A DNA stretch of 64,000 nt from Dehalococcoidia bacterium (GTDB taxonomy: Bacteria > Chloroflexota > Dehalococcoidia > Lucifugimonadales > UBA6952): contig JBJKVQ010000040.1 of NCBI GenBank assembly GCA_045562575.1, forward strand, positions 3,791 through 67,790, in the 5' to 3' direction. Under the pieces are notes generated by a model. The model was given only the letters and a program-made list of their open reading frames with translations. It made no database searches and was not told where the DNA came from. Each line of letters begins with the position of its first letter. Positions within the stretch are counted from its first letter, which is position 1. The translations under genes were made by a program, and so were the position numbers. Positions 1-9,353 of this stretch are shown here, in pieces.

Positions 1-201
1 CGATTAACTGAACCAACTCTTAATGCTTGGGGAATACAATATTATCTCGTTGAACACGATGGAGACGCTGATCGAATCACTCTTGCATTTCAAACTGCTG
101 CAGCAACCCAAAAACCTGTAGCTGTTCTTGTAGGAGATGAATATCATGGATTTAATAGAATGAATTTGGATGAAGAAAGAAAAATAATCAAAGAAGGATA
201 A
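1..201 (+). CDS. 3' end of a TPP-enzyme alpha (PYR-domain) subunit, partial (5' end off-window)
   Basis: Frame 1 is open from the window edge to TAA 199-201 (...KPVAVLVGDEYHGFNRMNLDEERKIIKEG*). It lies directly 5' of two TPP-binding beta-type ORFs, as in split sulfopyruvate/phosphonopyruvate decarboxylases. Confidence 0.4.
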   Translation, partial: RLTEPTLNAWGIQYYLVEHDGDADRITLAFQTAAATQKPVAVLVGDEYHGFNRMNLDEERKIIKEG

Positions 202-253
202 TTTATTCTTTCATCAGACAAATGTTTATAAAATATTAGTATCGAGGTCAACT

Positions 254-841
254 ATGATAAATAACGATGATTTAATGGCAGAAATAAAAAAATTTAGAGG
301 TAAAGCAATTGCGATTCCTACAATGACTGGATCCCGTGGTTGGCTAGATTCTAGTGACAAACCATCTAGAGACGTAAGTGTTGGTGGAGCAATGGGTAAA
401 GCATCAAACTTTGCAATGGGATTAGCATTAGCACAACCTGACACAAAGGTAGTCTGTTTCGATGGTGACGGTAGTCTTAATATGAATCTTGGTACAATGA
501 TGACTATCGCTGGAGCAAAACCTAAAAATCTGATTCATTTTGTACTTAATAATGGATACTTTTCAGTAACTGGAGGCCAACCAATTGCTGCAGCTGATGA
601 TGCTAATTTTTCACAAATGGCTGCTGGAGCTGGGTATGCTGCTTCATACGAATTTGATAATATTGAGGATTTTGCTGGAAAAGTAGAAGAAATTTTTACT
701 GCTGAAGGTCCGATTTTTGTTCATATACACTCTGTCCCTGAAATACAAAATGAGCCTATTGGAAGAAGAACTAGAGACCCTAGAAATCGTTCAACCAATG
801 AAGCGATAAAAGATCTTCGAGAAGAACTCGGCACACTTTAA
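254..841 (+). CDS. TPP-binding (PP-domain) beta subunit of a split 2-oxoacid decarboxylase (sulfopyruvate/phosphonopyruvate decarboxylase beta-like), copy 1
   Basis: 195-aa ORF with thiamine-diphosphate motif GDGSLNMNLG...HFVLNNG (GDG-x25-NN). GAGG lies 7 nt upstream of the ATG. Confidence 0.7.
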   Translation: MINNDDLMAEIKKFRGKAIAIPTMTGSRGWLDSSDKPSRDVSVGGAMGKASNFAMGLALAQPDTKVVCFDGDGSLNMNLGTMMTIAGAKPKNLIHFVLNNGYFSVTGGQPIAAADDANFSQMAAGAGYAASYEFDNIEDFAGKVEEIFTAEGPIFVHIHSVPEIQNEPIGRRTRDPRNRSTNEAIKDLREELGTL

Positions 842-856
842 TTCTAGATATAACGT

Positions 857-1423
857 ATGTTGCTTGAAAATTGTCTTACTGAACTTGGAAAATACCGCAA
901 GAACGAAGTTGTCGTTGCTTGTGAGTCAAGTAGCCATGTATGGAATTCTGTAAGCAATAACCGTAATCTGGATATATATTTCGAAGATTGCATGGGTAAA
1001 GGTTCATCTCTAGGACTAGGTATTGCATTAGCTAAACCAACAAGTAAAGTCATTGTTTTAGATGGCGATGGTAGTTTATTGATGAATTTAGGATCCTTAG
1101 CCACAGTTAGTGAAGTTCAGCCTGAGAATTTTATTCATTTTGTTGTACAAAACGGTTCATACGCAGGATCAGGCAATCAACCTATACCTTCAAGTAGTCA
1201 ACTTTCTTTTTCGAAAATGGCTGATGCTGTTGGGTACGTAAAAACTTTTGAATTTGACAATATTGAAGACTTTACTCTGGATATTGAAACGATATTAAAC
1301 ACTCCAGGACCAATATTTGTGACTTTAAAAGTAGCAATTGATCCTAATTATATTGCTCCCACAACAAAGCACGAGTTAAAAGACAGTATTAAACTAGTTA
1401 AATTAAATCTAACAGATTCTTAA
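857..1423 (+). CDS. TPP-binding beta subunit paralog, copy 2
   Basis: 188-aa ORF clearly paralogous to 254-841 (shared GDGSL.MNLG, FEFDNIEDF and GPIFV blocks). Its TPP motif ends QN rather than NN. Confidence 0.65.
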   Translation: MLLENCLTELGKYRKNEVVVACESSSHVWNSVSNNRNLDIYFEDCMGKGSSLGLGIALAKPTSKVIVLDGDGSLLMNLGSLATVSEVQPENFIHFVVQNGSYAGSGNQPIPSSSQLSFSKMADAVGYVKTFEFDNIEDFTLDIETILNTPGPIFVTLKVAIDPNYIAPTTKHELKDSIKLVKLNLTDS

Positions 1424-2061
1424 GATTTATTTAGTGTCACAACTACTTTACGATTATATCCGGAACCAAAACTTTCTGTTTTAACACCTGGGTGATCTGC
1501 AAGAGCGGTATGAATAACTCTTCGTTCCGAAGCTGTCATTGGCTCTAAAGTTATTGATCGTTTATTATTCATTACTCTATCAGCAACTTTAGCAGCTAGG
1601 GTATTTAATGATTGCGATCTTCTTTCCTTATATTGTTCAATATCTAATGTAACGAATGAATCGACACTATTAGATCTTAATATTCTATTTAATATAAACT
1701 GAAGTGCGCTAAGGTTTTCACCTTTTTTCCCAATAAGTAAACCTGCATCTTCGCCCTGTATATCAATAACTGGTCCTTTATTTTTACTATTATTAACAGT
1801 TCTAATCGTTGCCAAAGCATCAACATCTAAGAAAGATAATATTTCATTTAAATATGTTATAGCGGTACCAGAAGTTGCAGATGCATCTCCTAATCTAGTG
1901 ACCTTCACAGTAGCTTCAGTAGCACCAATACCAAAAAGACCTGATTTACCTTCTGATATTATATCTATCGATACTTCATCTCTGCTTGCGTCGAGCTCTA
2001 TTAGAGCTATTTCTATTGCGTCTTCTACCGTCTTGCCGCTTATTTTTATATTGTCTCTCAT
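1420..2061 (-). CDS. khpB: Jag/KhpB RNA-binding protein (Jag_N + KH + R3H)
   Basis: N-terminal GKTVEDAIEIALIELDASRDEV block and C-terminal R3H-like MTASERRVIHTALADHPGVKTES. AGGAGG lies 7 nt upstream of the ATG at 2061. It holds the conserved position downstream of yidC. Confidence 0.85.
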   Translation of the reverse strand: MRDNIKISGKTVEDAIEIALIELDASRDEVSIDIISEGKSGLFGIGATEATVKVTRLGDASATSGTAITYLNEILSFLDVDALATIRTVNNSKNKGPVIDIQGEDAGLLIGKKGENLSALQFILNRILRSNSVDSFVTLDIEQYKERRSQSLNTLAAKVADRVMNNKRSITLEPMTASERRVIHTALADHPGVKTESFGSGYNRKVVVTLNKS

Positions 2062-2854
2062 CTAAATCCTCCTCTTCTGAAGAAATATCTTCTTCATTTA
2101 TTTTTGATGGTTTTACTGGTGCAGTATTATTGGAATCTGCACTTGGTATTAACCCCCCCCAACCAGCTACTGTATATTGAATTGCTATACCTACTAAATT
2201 ACTTGTCATCCAATACATAGATAAACCAGAAGGAAATTGCAAACATAAAAATCCAAACATAAATGGCATCATCCACAACATCATTTTTTGTGTTTGTTGC
2301 TGTCTTGGATCTGTAGATTCCATAGTAGACATTTTTTGCAAAACCCACATTGATCCCCCTACTAGTAGTGCAAATAACGCTACAGGTTGTGCCAAATCTA
2401 ATCCTAAAAATGTACTATTCAATGGAACTGCAGTATCTAAAAATTCTAATGAATCATACATATGCGAAGTTAAACTTGCAAAATTTTCTGGGAAAGTCGG
2501 GATAAGTGCATATATACACCAATACAAACTTATCCATATAGGCATTTGAATTACCAATGGCCCCAAACAACCTAATGGACTAATTCCTTCCTCTTTATAG
2601 ATTCGCATAGTTTCTTGACCTCTTTTCTGCGAATCATTAGCATATTTCTTTTGAATTGCCTGCAATCTAGGCCCAAGTACCGCAAGTTTTTTTGTAGATC
2701 GTATTTGTTTAAGTCTTAAAGGTAACATTATTAGATTTACTATTAATGTAAATACAATAATTGTTAGGCCAAAACTATTACCTAAAAATGTATATAATAT
2801 TATTAAGCTATTTAGCATTGGATCAAATATTAATGAATTCCATAAATCTCCCAT
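1976..2854 (-). CDS. yidC: membrane protein insertase YidC (short form) with basic C-terminal tail
   Basis: 292 aa with multiple TM segments. YidC core blocks are present (LPLRLKQ, MRIYKEEGISPLGCLP..IQMPIWISLY, FPSGLSMYWMTSNLVGI), and it sits in the rnpA-yidD-yidC-jag context. Confidence 0.9.
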   Translation of the reverse strand: MGDLWNSLIFDPMLNSLIILYTFLGNSFGLTIIVFTLIVNLIMLPLRLKQIRSTKKLAVLGPRLQAIQKKYANDSQKRGQETMRIYKEEGISPLGCLGPLVIQMPIWISLYWCIYALIPTFPENFASLTSHMYDSLEFLDTAVPLNSTFLGLDLAQPVALFALLVGGSMWVLQKMSTMESTDPRQQQTQKMMLWMMPFMFGFLCLQFPSGLSMYWMTSNLVGIAIQYTVAGWGGLIPSADSNNTAPVKPSKINEEDISSEEEDLDERQYKNKRQDGRRRNRNSSNRARRKQR

Positions 2855-2861
2855 AATACCT

Positions 2862-4247
2862 CTATTTCTCAGTTACTGATAAACAGCCTATTGTATCTTT
2901 CTGTAAATCTTTTTTACATAAGAATTTTTTTTCACTCGAGTGAAAATACATGGTTCTGTCTATTACCAATGGTTCCGAAGGGATACCTTCCCATGCTTCA
3001 TCAGAGCCATGTTTAACAGGAGAAAGCTCCACAGTATTACCAGATTGGAAAGAACTTAAAGAAATTTCCCATATATTACCTGAAATGGAATCAACAATTA
3101 TCATTGTGTCGTCCATTAATACCGGAGAACTTGTGATTAAAATATCTTCGCCAGCTTTCTGACCTCTATTTTTCAATTGAACTGATGTCATATTTTTCTT
3201 CCGTCCAGAAGTATCTATTTCAAATTGATACAATCTACCATTTGTAGTAACAGTATATATCTTACTATCACTAATCAATGAACCTGCCCAAAACCTTCCA
3301 CTAGCTTTATTACTATCGTCAAATAACGTAGTAATAATTGATCCATCTTTTTTATTAATCACATAAATATTTCTATCAAGAGAAGTAACTATAAACATTC
3401 CAGATTGTACAGATGGTTTAGAAATTAAAGCGGATTTACTTTCTGTCTGAAAAAAATTGGCATTGGGTATTTTAGTACTCCCATCATAAACATCTAATGC
3501 ATATACCGAGCCATCTAATGAAGATAAATACACCTTACCAGAATCAACTAGAGGTGAATCATAGATTGAACCTAATACTGACTCAGGTTGGCATATTCCA
3601 GTCGTAACTTCTCCGTTATAACACCACTTTATATTTCCAGTATCAGTATTTATTGCAAGAATAAAACCTTTTGATGTCCCCATCAAAGCTAATCCATCAT
3701 GGACAGTAATATTGCCAATCAAAGTATCAGGCTGGTGTCTAGTTCCAAAACTTAAAAAACTAAAAAATCCACCACCAGAATTATCTTTAGATAATGGATC
3801 TATAAAATTACACCACTTCAAGCTTAAATCAGGATAGCTCAGTCCTACTACTAGGCCGGTATAATACCCAACAACTAATGTACTATTATTAACACTATAT
3901 GCAGGTGTGCTATAAATAGCATTTCCTGCCATATCTAAATAGTCAGAATTGCAATTCTGATGACTATCCTCAGGTGAAAATTTTGCAGCAGGTCTTTGAT
4001 TTTCAGATTCCCCACTAACTGGAAGTAAATTAGTATCAACAACAAAAACCATACCTTTTTCGGACATACTTATGATTGAGTCTTCTACTAAGATTGGGCT
4101 TGCCCAGCCATAATCTGCAGAGAATCTATCACTATCACAACCTGATAATACCACTAGTGAAATTATCATCAAATAGGTTAGTATTTGTTTCTTTTTGAGC
4201 ATAGTTGAGAGGTTTAAATTAATTGTGTTACTTCGGAATTGGGTCAT
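2862..4247 (-). CDS. PQQ-like beta-propeller lipoprotein (BamB/YfgL-type fold)
   Basis: Repeated blade motifs (DGSVYALDVYDG, GFILAINTDTGNIKW, RNIYVINKKDG, GRLYQFEIDTSG). Signal peptide with lipobox VVLSG|C. The alternative ATG at 4202 gives a canonical MLKKK.. signal peptide. Confidence 0.7.
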   Translation of the reverse strand: MTQFRSNTINLNLSTMLKKKQILTYLMIISLVVLSGCDSDRFSADYGWASPILVEDSIISMSEKGMVFVVDTNLLPVSGESENQRPAAKFSPEDSHQNCNSDYLDMAGNAIYSTPAYSVNNSTLVVGYYTGLVVGLSYPDLSLKWCNFIDPLSKDNSGGGFFSFLSFGTRHQPDTLIGNITVHDGLALMGTSKGFILAINTDTGNIKWCYNGEVTTGICQPESVLGSIYDSPLVDSGKVYLSSLDGSVYALDVYDGSTKIPNANFFQTESKSALISKPSVQSGMFIVTSLDRNIYVINKKDGSIITTLFDDSNKASGRFWAGSLISDSKIYTVTTNGRLYQFEIDTSGRKKNMTSVQLKNRGQKAGEDILITSSPVLMDDTMIIVDSISGNIWEISLSSFQSGNTVELSPVKHGSDEAWEGIPSEPLVIDRTMYFHSSEKKFLCKKDLQKDTIGCLSVTEK

Positions 4248-4440
4248 ATCCTTTTCCGCCTAATGGGTTACATCTTAGTAGTCTTTTCACTGTCAATAAA
4301 ATACCTTTAAATGCACCAAATTTTTTTATAGCTTCAATAGAATATTCAGAACATGTTGGTTCATATCTGCACACTGAAGGTAAATATGGCGATATTCCGT
4401 TTTGATATACCCTAATTATTTTTATTACTAATGATGCCAA
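4228..4440 (-). CDS. yidD: membrane protein insertion efficiency factor YidD
   Basis: 70 aa carrying the YidD signature ISPYLPSVCRYEPTCSEYSIEAIKKFG...RLLRCNPLGGKGYDP. Confidence 0.9.
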   Translation of the reverse strand: MASLVIKIIRVYQNGISPYLPSVCRYEPTCSEYSIEAIKKFGAFKGILLTVKRLLRCNPLGGKGYDPIPK

Positions 4441-4465
4441 TTTATTTCACTTATCATTTATAGGT

Positions 4466-4789
4466 TCACTGTAGTAATTCCAATTTACTACAAATTTTTT
4501 TAAGATCTTCCATTAATTCGTCATAACTAGTATTTTTTATACCTACTTTTGCTACGACAACTATGTCCCATCCTGGTTCCAATTTAAAATCACCAATTAT
4601 ATTTTTCAATCTTCTTTTTACCAAATTTCTAGAAACTGCAGTCCCGATCCTCTTGCTTATTGAATATCCGACCCTTGTAGTTGTTTGAGAATTTCTCTTA
4701 ATCTTTACTCTCATGTATCTACTAGAATAACCATAATTGAGACTATGGACAGATTTAAACTCCACCGTTTTTTTTATGGTCTTGTACAT
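4466..4789 (-). CDS. rnpA: ribonuclease P protein component
   Basis: 107-aa basic protein (VGYSISKRIGTAVSRNLVKRRLKNI) immediately downstream of rpmH. Confidence 0.85.
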   Translation of the reverse strand: MYKTIKKTVEFKSVHSLNYGYSSRYMRVKIKRNSQTTTRVGYSISKRIGTAVSRNLVKRRLKNIIGDFKLEPGWDIVVVAKVGIKNTSYDELMEDLKKICSKLELLQ

Positions 4790-4845
4790 AAAATACCAAT
4801 AAGTAAAATTATTATACGAAACAATACAGGATTGATTAAGTGGGG

Positions 4846-4983
4846 TTATACAGTAAGCGAATGACGACCCTTAGTGCGTCGACGACTCAATACAGCTCGA
4901 CCACCCTTAGTGCTCATTCTACTTCGAAAACCATGCACTCTAAGTCTTCTACGTTTTTTTGGTTGATAAGTTCTCTTTGGCAT
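4846..4983 (-). CDS. rpmH: 50S ribosomal protein L34
   Basis: 45-aa ORF absent from the supplied track: [45 protein letters not shown]. This matches the near-invariant L34 sequence. Confidence 0.95.
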   Translation of the reverse strand: MPKRTYQPKKRRRLRVHGFRSRMSTKGGRAVLSRRRTKGRHSLTV

Positions 4984-5018
4984 AACAAAATAACAAAAAA
5001 TAAAAAATTTACCAACGA

Positions 5019-5048
5019 ATTATAGTTTCTATATATATATTATGTCAA
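5019..5048 (-). promoter_or_regulatory. sigma70-type promoter for rpmH-rnpA
   Basis: On the minus strand: TTGACA (5048-5043), 18 nt spacer, TATAAT (5024-5019), about 35 nt upstream of the rpmH ATG. Confidence 0.4.
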
Positions 5049-5107
5049 TTAATGTAACATAGTATCTCTTGTGAATTTCGAAATCATTTACATAAATATA
5101 AGTTGAA

Positions 5108-5866
5108 ATGGCATCAAAAAGAAAAAAAAGAATAGATTTTCTTATTCATGAATTGAATTTTGCAAATTCTAGATCTCACGCACAAGCTTTAATTATGGCA
5201 GGAAAAGTTTATGTTAATGATCAAAAAGTAACCAAACCAGGTACATTATTTGACCCTGATATTTCTACCATCAGAGTTAGTCAATCAAAAAAGTTTGTCA
5301 GTCGAGGGGGAGAGAAACTCCAACACGCCTTAGATGCATTTCATATAGATGCAACAGAAACTATAGCTCTTGATATTGGATCATCTACAGGAGGATTTAC
5401 TGATTGTTTACTGCAAAATGGATCATCTAGAGTTTATGCCGTAGATGTTGGTAAAAACCAGTTAGACTACAAACTACGAATAAATCCCAGAGTTGTAACG
5501 ATGGAAGGAATTAATGCAAGACACCCATTTGATTTAGGTGAAAAAGTAGATTTAATTACCATGGATGTTTCATTCATATCAGCGCGTCTATTATTAAAAA
5601 GTATTTCTTGCCATTTAAAAAATCAGGGTTCAATAATATGGCTTCTAAAACCTCAATTTGAAGCTAAAAAAGAAGAGGTTGGAAAAAAAGGACTTATAAA
5701 AAATTACCAAACACATTCACTAATTATTGGACGATTAACAAATTGGCTAGTAAATAATCAATTTACAATTAAAAATATCACCTCGTCCCCAATAAAAGGT
5801 CAAACTGGGAATAAAGAATTCTTGGTACATCTAAAACTTAATGAATACTTTCAATCCGATGTTTGA
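5108..5866 (+). CDS. tlyA: TlyA-family rRNA 2'-O-methyltransferase (S4 + FtsJ domains)
   Basis: N-terminal S4-like segment followed by SAM motif DIGSSTGGFTDCLLQNG and YAVDVG. Confidence 0.85.
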   Translation: MASKRKKRIDFLIHELNFANSRSHAQALIMAGKVYVNDQKVTKPGTLFDPDISTIRVSQSKKFVSRGGEKLQHALDAFHIDATETIALDIGSSTGGFTDCLLQNGSSRVYAVDVGKNQLDYKLRINPRVVTMEGINARHPFDLGEKVDLITMDVSFISARLLLKSISCHLKNQGSIIWLLKPQFEAKKEEVGKKGLIKNYQTHSLIIGRLTNWLVNNQFTIKNITSSPIKGQTGNKEFLVHLKLNEYFQSDV

Positions 5867-8800
5867 TTTCAAAAATAAAGTTAAATAATTTATCAAGAGT
5901 ATCTATATTTGTCTGATTATGAACCTTACAATTTAAACTCCTATTTTTAACACTAATATCAAGTTCTTCATTACTTTCCAATATATACTTTAAAGAGTTT
6001 ATTGTTTGGTCAAATCGAATATGATATGTATTTTTATTTAATATAATAGAATTAATTCCACACTGAAAACTCATTAATCGAAGACGTGCAACCGTAAATA
6101 AATTCTCGAATTCTGTAGGAATTTGACCATACTTATCAATAATTGAAACCTTAAGTTCATATAATTCTGAATTATTATCAACTTCTGCTAAATCATTATA
6201 AAGTGAAATACGTGTGGAAACTTCTGGAATAAATTCTGTAGGAATTAATGCATTTAAGTTTAACTTTAAATGTGGGCCTTGTTGTCCTGCATCTTCAAAT
6301 AATTTTGCGTCTTTACTATCAACTAGTTCTTGTCCTTTTACTTTTTTCATTGCATGAGAAATCATTTTCATATAAAGATCAAAACCTATTGTTGTAATAT
6401 GCCCACTCTGCTTCTTACCAAGAACTTGTCCTGCTCCACGGATTTCTAAATCTCTACTAGCTACTCGGTAACCAGAGCCTATGTCAGAAGATGCCAAAAT
6501 AGTATCAAGTCTTGCTTGTGCAGGTGGGGTAATGATTTTAAATTCTGGAATTGTAAAATATGCATATCCTTGTCTATAACTTCTGCCAATTCTACCCCTT
6601 AACTGATATAGTTGTGCAAGACCAAAACGGTCAGCATTATCTACAATTAATGTATTTACTGAGGGCAAATCTAAACCGGACTCTATTATTGTAGTACACA
6701 CTAATATATCGAATTTTTTGGCTACAAAATCAGTCATAACTTTATCTAAACTCTCTGGTAGCATTCTTCCATGAGCTACCCCAACTCGTAAATTTGGTAT
6801 TAATTTTTGTAACTTACTTGCAATCATTTGAATAGAGTGAACTCTATTATGCAAATAATACACTTGGCCTTGTCGAGATAATTCTCTATTTATTGCCTCT
6901 GTAATTAATTCATCATTCTCTTCTGATACAAAAGTTTTAACTGGTAATCTATATTCTGGTGCAGTATCTATCGTACTCATATCTTTCAAACCTGACATTG
7001 TCATACTCAGTGTTCTGGGTATAGGAGTTGCACTCATAGATAAATAGTCTACTCCCAAACGCATTTCCTTCAACCGATCTTTTTGAAATACTCCAAATCG
7101 ATGTTCTTCATCAACGATAACTAAACCTAAATTTTTTAATTTTATATCTTTTTGCAATAATCTATGAGTTCCTATACAAATATCAACTTGCCCATTTGAT
7201 AAATCATTAATTATTTGTTTTTGTTCACTTTTAGGAACTAATCTACTTAACATTTTGATCGCTATTGGATACGGCTTTAATCGATTTACAAATGTCTCAA
7301 AATGTTGTGTCGCTAATACAGTTGTTGGTACTAGAATTATAACTTGAGATCCCGAGTCTACAGCTTTAAATGCTGATCGCAGAGCTACTTCTGTTTTTCC
7401 AAACCCTACATCACCGCAAATTAATCTATCCATAGGAGTAGTAGATTCCATATCCGCTTTTACTTCATTAATAACTCTTACTTGATCTTCAGTTTCAATA
7501 TACGGAAAAGAATCTTCTAACTCACTTTGCCATAAACTATCACTGGGGAAACTTTTTCCTTTGGCTAAATTCCTCTGAGCATATAAATCTAGTAAATCTT
7601 TAGCGATCTCCATCGTATCTTCTTCTACTTGTGCTTTAGTTCTCTTCCATTCCATTGTTGATAATCTTGATAAAGATGGGTTTGCTCCATTGGATCCCTT
7701 ATATAAACTGACTCTGTGAGACATATGTGTTGGAACATAAATCTTTCCTTTATCTGCATACTGTAAAACCATATATTCTTCACCATCTCCATATTCACTC
7801 ATTACAGTAGTACCAATAAACTTTCCAATACCATGATCTATATGTACAACGAAAGAATTTATACTAAAATCGTCAAGAGATACTGAAGATACACCTCTAG
7901 TTTTATTTCCTCTAACTAATATATTTCTTTCTTTACTGTATCCAAAAATTACATCGTCACTAATTATTGATATTTGCTCTTCTTGCTCTATTACTAAACC
8001 ATCTTTTAAATTACCTTCAACTATTGTTACTATATTTTTTCTCAAAGAATTTGTTTGATCTGTTAATACTTCATAAGGAATTTCATATTCGTGAAATAAT
8101 TCTTTGATTCTATTCAAATAGGAGGATATAACAATCACTACACCAGATTTAATTTTTACCTTTATATCACGTATCAACCTATCAAATTGATTTTGATACG
8201 ATAAAATGGGCTTGATTGGAACATTAAATCCTCTTGATTGTATCTCTTTTATATCTATAACCTTACCAAGTCCTTCTACTTTTCTACTAAATTCAGTATG
8301 GGAAAAGTAAGGAGATTGAAAATTATCAGGTATACGGTTTGATTTTATGTAGGTATTTTGACGATTAAATATTTCTTCATATAATTCAAAATATTTCTCA
8401 AGTATTTTTTCTTTCCCATCAATAATTACCAAACCATCATCTGCAAAGTAATCTAACAGCGAACTATTATTGTATATACCTGCATAAAAATCTGGAAATT
8501 CAAAATTATTATTAAATACTTCACTTGGAACTTGTTTGATATTTTGAATTTCCTGCTTATATTCAATTTGACCACCAAAATATTCAATAGATTCCTTACT
8601 TGTTGGGAAAACCACTTCGCTTGTAGGATAAATTGTAATATCACTTAGAACTTCCAAAGAAGTTTGGGTATTGGTATCAAAACTACGCAAACTTACTACT
8701 TCATTACCCCAGAATTCAATACGAATAGGCTTTTGGTAGATAGGACAAAATATGTCTACAATTCCACCTCTTTGACTACATTGTCCTTCCATTTCAGTAA

Positions 8801-9311
8801 ACTTACTCAATTTATAACCAAATTGTAATAGTAGAAATAATAAATCTTTGATTGATAATGAAGTTCCTTCGGTTATAACTACACTTTTTTCTTTCATTTC
8901 AGAAGGACTGATTATTTTATTGGTAATAGCAGAAATTGGAGCAACAACTATAGGAGGATATTGATTTTTATTTGATGCAATGATTGCAGATAAAGCCTTA
9001 GATCTTTGTGTATAAGTCATAGAGTTAATATGTAAAAACTCGAATGGTATATTATCAAGCGGAGGATAATAAAATACATTGTTTTCAGAGCCTGTAATCA
9101 TTAATAAATCATTGACTAAGGTTTCTGCTCGATTTACATCACGAGTGATATACAAAATAGGTTTGTTAAATCTAACATTTAAGGAATTAAACAAAAGGGA
9201 TCTGCCACAATCAGGTACTGAGACCTCTGTGTAAAGATTGGTTTTTAATAAGTCGAGCAGACTTAAATACCAGTCAGAACTATTAAATAGTTCTAACAAT
9301 TTGTGAAACAC
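5838..9311 (-). CDS. mfd: transcription-repair coupling factor Mfd
   Basis: 1157 aa with a GTG start. Helicase motifs GDVGFGKTEVA, VDEEHRFG and QLRGRIGRS, plus UvrB-like N-terminal and TRCF C-terminal regions. Confidence 0.95.
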   Translation of the reverse strand: MFHKLLELFNSSDWYLSLLDLLKTNLYTEVSVPDCGRSLLFNSLNVRFNKPILYITRDVNRAETLVNDLLMITGSENNVFYYPPLDNIPFEFLHINSMTYTQRSKALSAIIASNKNQYPPIVVAPISAITNKIISPSEMKEKSVVITEGTSLSIKDLLFLLLQFGYKLSKFTEMEGQCSQRGGIVDIFCPIYQKPIRIEFWGNEVVSLRSFDTNTQTSLEVLSDITIYPTSEVVFPTSKESIEYFGGQIEYKQEIQNIKQVPSEVFNNNFEFPDFYAGIYNNSSLLDYFADDGLVIIDGKEKILEKYFELYEEIFNRQNTYIKSNRIPDNFQSPYFSHTEFSRKVEGLGKVIDIKEIQSRGFNVPIKPILSYQNQFDRLIRDIKVKIKSGVVIVISSYLNRIKELFHEYEIPYEVLTDQTNSLRKNIVTIVEGNLKDGLVIEQEEQISIISDDVIFGYSKERNILVRGNKTRGVSSVSLDDFSINSFVVHIDHGIGKFIGTTVMSEYGDGEEYMVLQYADKGKIYVPTHMSHRVSLYKGSNGANPSLSRLSTMEWKRTKAQVEEDTMEIAKDLLDLYAQRNLAKGKSFPSDSLWQSELEDSFPYIETEDQVRVINEVKADMESTTPMDRLICGDVGFGKTEVALRSAFKAVDSGSQVIILVPTTVLATQHFETFVNRLKPYPIAIKMLSRLVPKSEQKQIINDLSNGQVDICIGTHRLLQKDIKLKNLGLVIVDEEHRFGVFQKDRLKEMRLGVDYLSMSATPIPRTLSMTMSGLKDMSTIDTAPEYRLPVKTFVSEENDELITEAINRELSRQGQVYYLHNRVHSIQMIASKLQKLIPNLRVGVAHGRMLPESLDKVMTDFVAKKFDILVCTTIIESGLDLPSVNTLIVDNADRFGLAQLYQLRGRIGRSYRQGYAYFTIPEFKIITPPAQARLDTILASSDIGSGYRVASRDLEIRGAGQVLGKKQSGHITTIGFDLYMKMISHAMKKVKGQELVDSKDAKLFEDAGQQGPHLKLNLNALIPTEFIPEVSTRISLYNDLAEVDNNSELYELKVSIIDKYGQIPTEFENLFTVARLRLMSFQCGINSIILNKNTYHIRFDQTINSLKYILESNEELDISVKNRSLNCKVHNQTNIDTLDKLFNFIFEIKHRIESIH

Positions 9312-9324
9312 TATGTATCTCCTG

Positions 9325-9353
9325 TTGACTCGGTATTTACGTTGTTTTACAGT
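9325..9353 (+). promoter_or_regulatory. sigma70-type promoter for the 9405 dehydrogenase gene
   Basis: TTGACT (9325-9330), 17 nt spacer, TACAGT (9348-9353), in the divergent mfd intergenic region. Confidence 0.4.

Noticed and set aside
4840-5025. 61-aa + strand ORF in the supplied track.
   Set aside because: It lies exactly antisense to a perfect L34 (rpmH) coding sequence. Its S/T-rich translation is a shadow of the Arg/Lys-rich L34 codons.
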